In this document: piece after piece, positions 9,450-17,288 of the stretch
How positions within the stretch are numbered: position 1 is the first letter of the stretch
Layout of the letters: each line of letters begins with the position of its first letter
Source of the DNA: Candidatus Saccharimonadota bacterium
Lineage (GTDB): Bacteria > Patescibacteriota > Patescibacteriia > 2-12-FULL-60-25
Assembly (NCBI GenBank): GCA_022843095.1
Contig: JALHOH010000002.1
Location: forward strand, 270,001 to 302,000
DNA length: 32,000 nt
Direction of reading: 5' to 3'
Made by a program: the position numbers and the translations under genes
The notes under the pieces: generated by a model
What the model saw: only the letters and a program-made list of their open reading frames with translations
Told to the model about the DNA's origin: nothing
Databases searched by the model: none

Positions 9450-10547
9450 CTAATCGATATCACGCATGGCACAGCCAATCGTGACCGAAAAACGCGGCCC
9501 CATTTCCTCTAACACCGGACGGAGCTCCGCTGGGTACACCACCCGCGCCCACGGATTTCCCAGATACGTGTTTACACTCATTTGCTGCGTCAAAAACTCA
9601 GCCAGTCGCGGGAGCAACGAAGATCCCCCCGTTAAAATAATTTTCTCGATACGCTTGGGCTGACCATCCACGTGCTGCGACTGATACTGGTTAAACGAGT
9701 AGCGAATTTCATCCAAAATCGGCTTGATGAGCACCGTTAAGATAGGCGTCAGGTCACCTGCCGGGGCGAATGCCTGCATCGACTTGATATCCCGCTTCAT
9801 GGTTTCCGCCTGTTCCAACGGGATGCCAAGCGTTTTTGCGATGGTTTGCGTAATCGCATTTCCTCCTGTCGCGATCGAGCGCGTCACAAACGGAATCCCC
9901 TTTTCTACGATCAGGATGTTGGTGCGCAAGCTCCCGATATCCACAACCATGATCGTGCTACGATCTTTGCCGATGAGCGATCGGATTTCTGCAAACGCTT
10001 CGCTTTCCAATGACTTGAGCTCGAGCCCTGCCCCGCGAAAAATCTCCACGTATTTGTTGACCAGCGTCTTTGGCGCGGCGGTGACGAGCACGCGCGTACT
10101 GGCTTTCACGGTTTCCGTTTTTTCGATCTTATCCACCACCTTCATATCAAGCGCCATCTCTTCGACCGGAAGCGGAAGCAGTTTTTTTACCTGATTCATC
10201 ACCAGGTCTTTCAATTCTTTATCATTCGTCGTCGGCACGCTTAAGATCGACGAAAAAATACTCGACATCGGGATCGACGTCACCGCTTGTTTTGTAGAAG
10301 TACGAGCACGCTCCATCATGCGCTTCAGCAGTTCGATGGTCCCAGGCACGTCATTCACGAGCGATTTATCCAAACTCTCCGCCGGAAGGTTGGCGTACGC
10401 ATACGTCACCAGTCGGGCTCGCCCTTTTTCGTTTTTGAGTTCGACCAATTTCATGCCACCGTATCCGATGTCGATGCCAAGGTAGCTCGACTTATCCGGC
10501 GCGGGAGAAAACAATCCCATAGTGAACACGAGTGTACCACGTTTCAC
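9450..10547 (-). CDS. pilM: Type IV pilus assembly protein PilM (actin-like ATPase fold)
   Basis: 365 aa. Contains YLGIDIGYGGMKLVEL (phosphate-1 motif), VVDIGSLRTNILIV and IILTGGSSLLPRLAEFL. The 10547 start is GTG and forms a GTGA overlap with the upstream stop. An ATG at 10520 (MGLFSP...) is an alternative. Confidence 0.9.
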   Translation of the reverse strand: MKRGTLVFTMGLFSPAPDKSSYLGIDIGYGGMKLVELKNEKGRARLVTYAYANLPAESLDKSLVNDVPGTIELLKRMMERARTSTKQAVTSIPMSSIFSSILSVPTTNDKELKDLVMNQVKKLLPLPVEEMALDMKVVDKIEKTETVKASTRVLVTAAPKTLVNKYVEIFRGAGLELKSLESEAFAEIRSLIGKDRSTIMVVDIGSLRTNILIVEKGIPFVTRSIATGGNAITQTIAKTLGIPLEQAETMKRDIKSMQAFAPAGDLTPILTVLIKPILDEIRYSFNQYQSQHVDGQPKRIEKIILTGGSSLLPRLAEFLTQQMSVNTYLGNPWARVVYPAELRPVLEEMGPRFSVTIGCAMRDID

Positions 10548-10948
10548 GCCCCGCGATCCATCGCTTCGTTCGCGAGCGCATCAGCCGCCTTGTTTTGTTC
10601 CCGCCGCACATGGCGAAACACCACGCGGTCAAACTTTGCCTGCAACCCCTTGAGCTCTCGGTACCGCGTTTGCAGATCCGGATTCTTCACCCGATACTCC
10701 CCATTTGCCTGCTTGATCAGCAATTCGCTGTCCGCAACCACCTCGACCTGCGTTGCCCCGAGTGCCACACACCGCTCCAGCCCCAAAATCACGGCCTTGT
10801 ATTCCGCTTGATTATTCGTTGTTTTCCCTAAAAAGCGACTGTGCGTTTCCACCACCTCCCCGGTTTCGGCGTTCTCGATCACGACCCCGATCCCCGCCGG
10901 ACCCGGGTTCCCACGCGCCCCTCCATCCGTACGAATGATGCAATGCAT
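10544..10948 (-). CDS. rnhA: Ribonuclease H family protein (RNase HI-like)
   Basis: Contains TDGGARGNPGPAGIGVVI, TNNQAEYKAVILGL, SELLIKQ and REQNKAADALAN, the DEDD-type RNase H blocks. The ORF-track start at 10957 is TTG, so I prefer ATG 10948 (MHCIIRTDGG). Confidence 0.85.
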   Translation of the reverse strand: MHCIIRTDGGARGNPGPAGIGVVIENAETGEVVETHSRFLGKTTNNQAEYKAVILGLERCVALGATQVEVVADSELLIKQANGEYRVKNPDLQTRYRELKGLQAKFDRVVFRHVRREQNKAADALANEAMDRGA

Positions 10949-10963
10949 ACGATACAAACAAGG

Positions 10964-12718
10964 CTACACTTCAGTGAATGATTTGCTCGCGCGCACATCT
11001 ACCAACTTCAATTGCAACTCACGTCTGCCATTCCACTCGTTTTGATCCACATGGAACGCAAGATCCAATTCCCCTCCCATGGGAAGTTCCGCAAGTCGTG
11101 GCCCCATCTTAAACCCGATCGCCTTCACACGCATCCCACGTTCATTCAACACCGTGAGTCGGAGATGCTGCCGCTGTGCGCCGACCGTATCCATCACCAC
11201 GACCGGTACGCGCTCGGCGACAAACACCGGACGACGGTTTCCTTCTCCAAACGGCTCCATCCGTTCGATCTGCTCCCACAGATCCAGCGACAGATCGGCC
11301 AAAGACACACGCGCATCCACAACCAATTCCGGCACCATCATTTCGTCCGTCACGCGCGACGCCGCATGCGCATAAAACCGCTCTTCCAGCACGGGGATGC
11401 CCGCATCTTCCGCCACCGAAAATCCACAGGCCTGCAGGTGACCTCCTACGCGCGACAACACCCCCTCCCCCGACGTTCGCACCGCGTCCGTGATATCAAA
11501 CGGCGCATACGACCGCCCAGAACCAATCCAAGTCCCCCCATGTGCGCCGACGATCGCGACTGGACGCGAAAAGCGCTCCAACAATTTTCCCGCGATCAAC
11601 CCGACCAGCGCCGGTGACCAATGCGCCGCCGCCAAAAACACGGCACGCTCTCGCTGAATCGCCTTTCCCGCCAACAGCGTCTCCGCCTCATCCATCATGC
11701 GCCGCGTGGTTTCTTGCCGTTCACGGTTGCAACGTTCGATTTTCTCCAGGTACGGCTTTGCATGCACCTCATCCGCAGCAAGCAACAAATGGAGCGCAAG
11801 CTCCGCATGATCCATCCGACCCGCGGCGTTCAAACGTGGCCCAATCATGAAGGCGATATCTTCGGAACGAATGGTGCCGGGGACAAGGCGTGCGGCTTCG
11901 ATCAGCATCCGGAGCCCTGGACGACGGGTTTTATTCAATACCTTAAGCCCATACGCCAAGAGCGCCCGATTTTCGCCGACCAGCGGCACCATGTCCGTCA
12001 CGGTTGCGATCGCCACCAAATCCAAAAGCCATTTTTCCGCCCCGTCCGGGATCGGTAATCCGCGCGCACGCCCTTCTTCGATCAACGCATGCGCCACCTT
12101 GTACGACACCCCAACCGCCGCAAGCGATTTAAACGGATAGGTCTCTTCCGGAACACTTGGATGAATCAACTGACCATCCGGTAACGTTGCGCCAAATTGA
12201 TGATGATCCACCACGACCGTCTCCATCCCACGACGTTTGCCTTCGGCGATCTCCTCAACGCAGGCAATCCCACAATCCACCGTGATGAGCAACTTTGTGC
12301 CACGCTCTTCCAATTTCGGCACCGTTCCACGATGCAATCCATACCCCTCTTTATCACGATGCGGAATGTAGTGATCGATGGGCGCATCGGCGACGCCAAG
12401 ATGCGCGGCAAGCATGCGAAGTGTCGTCAGCAACACGGTGGATCCCGTGACACCATCCGCGTCGTAATCGCCATGCACCGTAATCCGCTCCCCCGCGTTC
12501 AACGCCTGAAAGATACGATCCACGACCGCGCGCATGTGCCGAAACTGAAACGGTGCATGGATATCTCGCGTAAAATCCGGCGCCAAAAAACGATGCGCCT
12601 CGTCGGTGGTCCGAATCCCACGATTCCATAACGCCTGCGCCACCGGACGCGGCACCTCGGCAACCGTCCCAAAAAACGCTTCTGGACACGGCTCTGCCAC
12701 TCGCCACCGTTTTGTCAT
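10964..12718 (-). CDS. recJ: Single-stranded-DNA-specific exonuclease RecJ
   Basis: 584 aa. Carries the DHH family motifs HGDYDADGVTG, ITVDCG, VVVDHH and GGHLQACG (DHHA1). Confidence 0.95.
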   Translation of the reverse strand: MTKRWRVAEPCPEAFFGTVAEVPRPVAQALWNRGIRTTDEAHRFLAPDFTRDIHAPFQFRHMRAVVDRIFQALNAGERITVHGDYDADGVTGSTVLLTTLRMLAAHLGVADAPIDHYIPHRDKEGYGLHRGTVPKLEERGTKLLITVDCGIACVEEIAEGKRRGMETVVVDHHQFGATLPDGQLIHPSVPEETYPFKSLAAVGVSYKVAHALIEEGRARGLPIPDGAEKWLLDLVAIATVTDMVPLVGENRALLAYGLKVLNKTRRPGLRMLIEAARLVPGTIRSEDIAFMIGPRLNAAGRMDHAELALHLLLAADEVHAKPYLEKIERCNRERQETTRRMMDEAETLLAGKAIQRERAVFLAAAHWSPALVGLIAGKLLERFSRPVAIVGAHGGTWIGSGRSYAPFDITDAVRTSGEGVLSRVGGHLQACGFSVAEDAGIPVLEERFYAHAASRVTDEMMVPELVVDARVSLADLSLDLWEQIERMEPFGEGNRRPVFVAERVPVVVMDTVGAQRQHLRLTVLNERGMRVKAIGFKMGPRLAELPMGGELDLAFHVDQNEWNGRRELQLKLVDVRASKSFTEV

Positions 12719-12795
12719 GACGTTATCGTGGAGGGAGGTCGGACATTCGAGAAGGGTTCGTCAAGGGGGAACATGCACCGCTACCACTTTCATCC

Positions 12796-13236
12796 ATGAG
12801 GATTCCATCCCTCCCATCCACCGGCATCTGGTTCACGGCGTTTGGCAATGAACCAGATCCTCGTGCCTGCAAAATCCTCCCGCCCCCGGCGAGATGTTTT
12901 GTCGTTCCCCCGGATCGCGCCACAGACCCCGACACGTTGCTACACACCTTTACCCAAGCGATTGGCGATGATCCCTGCTACATCCTGGTTCCGGGACAGG
13001 CGTTTGACCAAAACGGAAACCGCCGCGGGCGCGGCGGTGGGTGGTATGATCGATTCCTGTCTCGCGCTCCACGCGCGTGGCTCCGGATCGGCGTGTGTCC
13101 TTTGTCCCTCCTCCAAGAAACGCCTATGACGCCACACCCCTGGGATGAACCCATGGACGCGTTGCTTGTGCAGATGCCGAACCAGAGGTGGCACTGGATT
13201 AAAATCCGTACGGCGCCATCATCCCAAGAATCGTAA
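12796..13236 (+). CDS. 5-formyltetrahydrofolate cyclo-ligase family protein (short form)
   Basis: 146 aa. Contains ILVPGQAFDQNGNRRGRGGGWYDRFL, the characteristic PG.AFD..G.R.G.GGGyYDR.L motif. Confidence 0.65.
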   Translation: MRIPSLPSTGIWFTAFGNEPDPRACKILPPPARCFVVPPDRATDPDTLLHTFTQAIGDDPCYILVPGQAFDQNGNRRGRGGGWYDRFLSRAPRAWLRIGVCPLSLLQETPMTPHPWDEPMDALLVQMPNQRWHWIKIRTAPSSQES

Positions 13237-13297
13237 TCACGGCCACGATACCGGCCATCACACGCATCACCTGTTTTCTTCGCTGTGGGGTCATCAT
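13199..13297 (-). CDS. Possible 32-aa membrane micro-protein downstream of lepA
   Basis: My translation is MMTPQRRKQVMRVMAGIVAVITILGMMAPYGF*, a basic N-terminus followed by one hydrophobic helix. It starts 8 nt after the lepA stop and is below the ORF-track size cutoff. It overlaps the 3' end of the convergent + strand gene by 38 nt. Confidence 0.25.
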   Translation of the reverse strand: MMTPQRRKQVMRVMAGIVAVITILGMMAPYGF

Positions 13298-13305
13298 ACC
13301 TTGCG

Positions 13306-15135
13306 TTAAGAACGGCGTTTCAACACTTTGATGAACGTATCCGGCGGAATCTCCACCGAACCCGTCCCCTGCGACAACATACGCTCCTTCCCTGCCTTCT
13401 GCTTCTTCAGGAGCTTGGATTTTCGAGAATAGTCCCCCCCGGACATCTTTGCCAACACGTCTTTGCGGAACGGATTCACACGTTCCGACGCGATGATCTT
13501 TCCGCCCACGGCCGCCTGTAATTTGATCGCGAATTGTTCACGCGGCAGCTCTTCTTTCAAGGTCTCCACAATGTCTTTCCCCCGTCGATACGCCTCGGAT
13601 TCGTGCAGGAGCGTGGCAAGCGCCTCCACCGGTTCTTCGGCGACGTAAATCACCAATTTCACCACATCAGACGGACGATACCCCTGAAACTCATAGTTCA
13701 GCGATGCATACCCGGCCGTGCACCCTTTGAGCTTATCGTAAAAATCGACGATGACGGAAGCAAGCGGAATGTCGTAGTGCAAAATCGCACGCGTCACATC
13801 CAGGTATTCCGTATTCTTGTAGATCCCCCGACGATCCTGGACAAGCGCCATGACGTTTCCGATGTATTCCTTCGGCACAACAATATCCACACTCACAAAT
13901 GGCTCACGCGTTTCTTCCAACCGGGAGGGATCTGGAAAATCGCTCGGGGCTTTGATGAGTTTCTGCGTCCCATCCGTCAGTGTGACTTCGTATCCGACAG
14001 AGGGAGTCGTCACGACGATATCCATGTTGAACTCGCGCAACAGACGCTCCTGCACGATTTCCAGGTGCAGCATCCCAAGCAATCCACACCGGAATCCGAA
14101 TCCAAGGGCGCTCGAATGTTCCGGCTCAAAGGCAAGGGCCGCATCGTTCAGCTTCAGCTTAAGGATGGCGTCACGGAGACGTTCGTATTCACTTCCTTCT
14201 TTTGGAAAAATTCCGGCGTACACCATCGGATGCACCTCTTTATACCCAGGAAGGGGCGCCGTTTCTGCAGCATGCGCGGCCAGCGCGATCGTGTCCCCCA
14301 CGCGGACGGACGTGATGTCTTTTAAACCGGTCACCAAGTACCCAATATCCCCTGCTTCCAATGCGTTCGATTGGACCAGCTCCGGCTTCATGTATCCCGA
14401 TGCGAGTGCAACCCCATCTGCCGCCGTCGCAAGAAAGCGAAGCTTATCCTGAGTTTTGACCTTGCCGTCGACACAACGAACATACGCGATCACCCCCTGA
14501 TAATCGTCGTATTTGCTATCAAAAATAATGGCGCGCAAAGGCTTTGCCAGATCTCCCGACGGAGGCGGAATCTGCGACACGATACGCTCCAGAATCTGAT
14601 CCACGCCTGCCCCTGTTTTACCGGATGCGCAGATAATTTCTTCTCGCTTACATCCAATAAGCTGCATGAGCTCGGCCGCGCGTCGTTCGACATCCGAGTT
14701 CGGGAGGTCGATCTTGTTCAAGACGGGAATGATCTCCAAATTTTGTTCGAGTGCCAAATACAGGTTCGCAATCGTCTGCGCCTGCACCCCTTGCGTCGAA
14801 TCCACCAGAAGCACCGCCCCTTCAACAGCAGCAAGCGAACGCGACACTTCGTACGTAAAATCGACGTGTCCTGGGGTATCAATCAAATTCAACTCGTACG
14901 ATTCCCCATTTTTTGCACGGTACTGCATCCGCGCCGGCTGTAGTTTGATGGTAATGCCGCGTTCACGTTCCAGATCCATCGTGTCCAACAACTGTTCTTT
15001 CATCCGTCGTTTTTCGACCGTTCCCGTCAATTCCAACAACCGATCCGCAAGCGTGGATTTACCGTGGTCAATGTGGGCAATGATGCAGAAGTTCCGTTTT
15101 CGAGACTGTTCCATAGGGATCGCATCATTGCTCAT
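13306..15135 (-). CDS. lepA: Elongation factor 4 (LepA)
   Basis: 609 aa. Contains NFCIIAHIDHGKSTLADR (G1), DTPGHVDF (G3) and NKID (G4), plus the LepA-specific C-terminal domain. The ancestral start may be the ATG at 15114 (MEQSRKRNFCIIAHIDHGKST). Confidence 0.97.
   Translation of the reverse strand: MSNDAIPMEQSRKRNFCIIAHIDHGKSTLADRLLELTGTVEKRRMKEQLLDTMDLERERGITIKLQPARMQYRAKNGESYELNLIDTPGHVDFTYEVSRSLAAVEGAVLLVDSTQGVQAQTIANLYLALEQNLEIIPVLNKIDLPNSDVERRAAELMQLIGCKREEIICASGKTGAGVDQILERIVSQIPPPSGDLAKPLRAIIFDSKYDDYQGVIAYVRCVDGKVKTQDKLRFLATAADGVALASGYMKPELVQSNALEAGDIGYLVTGLKDITSVRVGDTIALAAHAAETAPLPGYKEVHPMVYAGIFPKEGSEYERLRDAILKLKLNDAALAFEPEHSSALGFGFRCGLLGMLHLEIVQERLLREFNMDIVVTTPSVGYEVTLTDGTQKLIKAPSDFPDPSRLEETREPFVSVDIVVPKEYIGNVMALVQDRRGIYKNTEYLDVTRAILHYDIPLASVIVDFYDKLKGCTAGYASLNYEFQGYRPSDVVKLVIYVAEEPVEALATLLHESEAYRRGKDIVETLKEELPREQFAIKLQAAVGGKIIASERVNPFRKDVLAKMSGGDYSRKSKLLKKQKAGKERMLSQGTGSVEIPPDTFIKVLKRRS
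15078..15114 (-). repeat. Direct repeat copy A (lepA codons MEQSRKRNFCII, within lepA)
   Basis: The 37-nt string caatgatgcagaagttccgttttcgagactgttccat (+ strand) is identical to 15229..15265. Confidence 0.95.
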
Positions 15136-15142
15136 GGGAAAG

Positions 15143-15164
15143 GGTGAAAACGGTAGTTTTCACC
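15143..15164 (-). other. Perfect RNA hairpin 2 in lepA leader (9-bp stem, 4-nt loop)
   Basis: + strand sequence is g-gtgaaaac-ggta-gttttcac-c. The minus-strand transcript is GGTGAAAAC-UACC-GUUUUCACC. No U-tract follows. Confidence 0.6.
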
Positions 15165-15178
15165 TGCAGAGGAGGGAT

Positions 15179-15202
15179 CATGGGAACCCGAAGGTTCCCA
15201 TG
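15179..15202 (-). other. Perfect RNA hairpin 1 in lepA leader (10-bp stem, cUUCGg tetraloop)
   Basis: + strand sequence is catgggaacc-cgaa-ggttcccatg. On the transcribed minus strand it reads CAUGGGAACC-UUCG-GGUUCCCAUG, the C(UUCG)G extra-stable tetraloop context. No U-tract follows. Confidence 0.65.
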
Positions 15203-15228
15203 GGAGGAGTGCTCTGCGCGACGACGGT

Positions 15229-15265
15229 CAATGATGCAGAAGTTCCGTTTTCGAGACTGTTCCAT
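15229..15265 (-). repeat. Direct repeat copy B (upstream duplicate of lepA start region)
   Basis: Identical 37 nt to 15078..15114. Similarity begins exactly at the ATG. Three further nt (ggt, 15226-15228) match lepA if a 9-nt deletion (tgggcaatg, codons AHI) is allowed, after which the sequences diverge. Confidence 0.95.
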
Positions 15266-15314
15266 GTTGTCGGCAGTGTGCGGGAAAAACCCACCCCTGA
15301 CAAGCACTTCGGAC

Positions 15315-16943
15315 CTAGGTCGTATGAGATGCTTCTTCCACGGATTCGGACACCTTTGTCCCGCGCCAGAGACGTCCGCGGATGGCGGAAAGGAGTTCCG
15401 CCGCTTCTTGGGATTTGAGCAAAAGCGACACGCCCACATACGCCCCACCACCACAGACGGTCACGGCCATAAACTGTAAGAACAATTGCCAATACTGCCG
15501 CAAATCAAACGCCGTCCCGAGCGCCTGGCGCACCCCATACCCAACCACGGATAACGCAAGTGTCGCGAGAAAAATACGACCTCCTGCGAGAACCAAAGCC
15601 GTGCCCGGAAGTCCTCCACGTTTCATGCGAAGGTGTGCCCAGTGTGCGAGCGCCTCGAGAAGCGAAGAACCGGCCACGGCCCCAGCAAGACCCGCAACAC
15701 CAAACGGCTCCACCAACCACCAGGCAAATCCGATATTTGCCGCCGCTGCGCCAAGACTGATCCAAAGGGGCGTCCACGTATCTTGCCGCGCAAAGGTCGC
15801 CCGGACATACAGCAACACAAGCGATTGGGTCAGCATCGAAAACGACAGGATACCCAATACATCTGCCGTTCGGATCGTATCGCTCCAGCCGAACGCGCCT
15901 GCCCCAAGCACGAGACGCACGATCTGCGCGCGCAACAACACATACAACGCCGTTGCCGGCACCAAGAAAAAGGCCATCTTGCGGGCCGCGCCCAACAGCA
16001 CCGTTCCAAACTCCTCTTCTTTTCCAGCACCGTACGCACGCGCGAGTGCCGGGAATGCCGCGATCGCAAACGACACGCCGATCAACCCGACAGGCACACC
16101 GAAAAGGTTATTCGCAAACGAAAACGCGCTTAACGCCCCGGACTCCAAATGGGAGGCAAAAGAAGTCACGACGAACACATTAAACTGCGACACGCCTAAC
16201 GAAAGCGTTCTGGGCCCCATGAGCGACAAAATCTTCCGGACACCGGACGGCGCAAACGTTGGCCAGGTCAGACGTGGCAATCCAAGCGAACGGACGACCG
16301 ACCACTGAACAAGCCCATGCAGCATCGCCCCGATCACAACCCCATACGCAACCCCCGCCATCCCAAACATGGGAGCAAGGAGCACGGCGCCAAAAATAAT
16401 CCCGGCGTTATAAAACACAGGAGCAACCGAAAACGCCAGGAAACGCCGCATCGATTGCAACACTCCCCCTAAGACGGCGGAGATCCCCAAGAAAAAGGGC
16501 GACCACGCCAAAATACGCGTGAGTTCGATGGTCAGTTCGCGTTGTGCCCCCACAAATCCCGGCGCGATGACCGGCATCGCCGCAGGCGCCGCAACCATGA
16601 GCCCGACAGACCCGATCGCAAGTGCCGCCACGCAAATCGATAGCATCTGACTGGCCAAGGCGAGCGCTTTTTCTTTCCCCCCTTTTTCGAACGTCTCGGC
16701 AAATACGGGAATAAATCCCGCGGAGAGCGTCCCAAATACAAGCAAGGTGTAGAGCGCATCCGGCAACCGAAACGCCGCATAATAGGCGTCCAGCTCAGGG
16801 CCGGCTCCAAAAGTCGCCGCAAGAACGCGGTCTCGAATCACACCGACCACGCGCGAGGCGATTGAGGCAGCGCCAATAATAAACGCGGCCGCTGCCAGGC
16901 CGTCGGTTTCTTGCGTCCACCAACGTGTCACATTACGAATCAT
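15315..16943 (-). CDS. murJ: Lipid II flippase MurJ (MviN family)
   Basis: 542 aa with about 14 TM segments. The N-terminus IIGAASIASRVVGVIRDRVLAATFGAGPELDAYYAAFRLPD is typical of MurJ/MviN. Confidence 0.9.
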   Translation of the reverse strand: MIRNVTRWWTQETDGLAAAAFIIGAASIASRVVGVIRDRVLAATFGAGPELDAYYAAFRLPDALYTLLVFGTLSAGFIPVFAETFEKGGKEKALALASQMLSICVAALAIGSVGLMVAAPAAMPVIAPGFVGAQRELTIELTRILAWSPFFLGISAVLGGVLQSMRRFLAFSVAPVFYNAGIIFGAVLLAPMFGMAGVAYGVVIGAMLHGLVQWSVVRSLGLPRLTWPTFAPSGVRKILSLMGPRTLSLGVSQFNVFVVTSFASHLESGALSAFSFANNLFGVPVGLIGVSFAIAAFPALARAYGAGKEEEFGTVLLGAARKMAFFLVPATALYVLLRAQIVRLVLGAGAFGWSDTIRTADVLGILSFSMLTQSLVLLYVRATFARQDTWTPLWISLGAAAANIGFAWWLVEPFGVAGLAGAVAGSSLLEALAHWAHLRMKRGGLPGTALVLAGGRIFLATLALSVVGYGVRQALGTAFDLRQYWQLFLQFMAVTVCGGGAYVGVSLLLKSQEAAELLSAIRGRLWRGTKVSESVEEASHTT

Positions 16944-17281
16944 GCAAACGGGTCATCAGGGAATTCAAGGATGGCGTAAATCTGGCCGTCCGCTTCTTCC
17001 AGCACGATCGGTTGAAGCCGCGTCCCGCGTGGCGCCTGACCTTCAATCGCTTCGCCTGTCGCCGGAGCAAAATCCGCTTCATGCCACCGACAGCGAAACG
17101 ATGTCCCATCACGGGAAAGCTCAACCGGGCCACCCATATGCGTACACCGATTGACGTACGCTTTGATTACGCCCCCGTCATTATACGCGATTCCCTGATT
17201 TGTGCCGTACGCGAATAACTTTGTACGTCCAAGTAGGATTTCTCCTGTCTTCGCCACCACCACTTTTCTCTGCAAAGGCAT
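16940..17281 (-). CDS. Small Rieske [2Fe-2S] domain protein
   Basis: Start at ATG 17281 (MPLQRKVVVAK...). The Rieske motif is CTH-x15-CRWH (NRCTHMGGPVELSRDGTSFRCRWHEADF). The stop overlaps the murJ start (ATGA at 16940-16943). Confidence 0.8.
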   Translation of the reverse strand: MPLQRKVVVAKTGEILLGRTKLFAYGTNQGIAYNDGGVIKAYVNRCTHMGGPVELSRDGTSFRCRWHEADFAPATGEAIEGQAPRGTRLQPIVLEEADGQIYAILEFPDDPFA

Positions 17282-17288
17282 ACCAACA

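Larger units (their letters stand above)
15125..15265 (-). other. 46-codon uORF / lepA 5'-fragment duplicate (MEQSRKRNFCIIDRRRAEHSSHGNLRVPMIPPLQVKTTVFTLSHEQ*)
   Basis: It starts with the duplicated lepA start region. Its stop (TGA 15127-15125) lies 8 nt downstream of lepA ATG 15135 and 11 nt upstream of ATG 15114. Whether it is translated is unknown. Confidence 0.4.

Noticed and set aside
12729-12737. GGAGGGAGG SD-like string in the recJ / cyclo-ligase divergent intergenic region.
   Set aside because: It lies about 60 nt upstream of the + strand ATG at 12796, and no start codon follows at SD spacing.
15078-15265. Gene-60-style translational bypassing between the two identical 37-nt segments (take-off and landing sites with an intervening hairpin).
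   Set aside because: The gap is 151 nt, far longer than the described 50-nt hop. lepA has its own in-frame ATGs (15135, 15114) and does not need the upstream copy. Copy B diverges after the repeat instead of providing missing coding sequence. The idea is noted only as a remote possibility.
15382-16308. Long antisense ORFs (for example 308 aa opposite murJ). Others include 3618-4337 opposite gatC/ligA, 13534-14325 opposite lepA, 28507-29304 and 29632-30456 opposite SPFH/photolyase, and 401-829.
   Set aside because: These are shadow ORFs typical of GC-rich DNA. They have low-complexity, Arg/Pro/Ser/His-rich translations and no motifs. Each fully overlaps a strongly supported conserved gene on the other strand.
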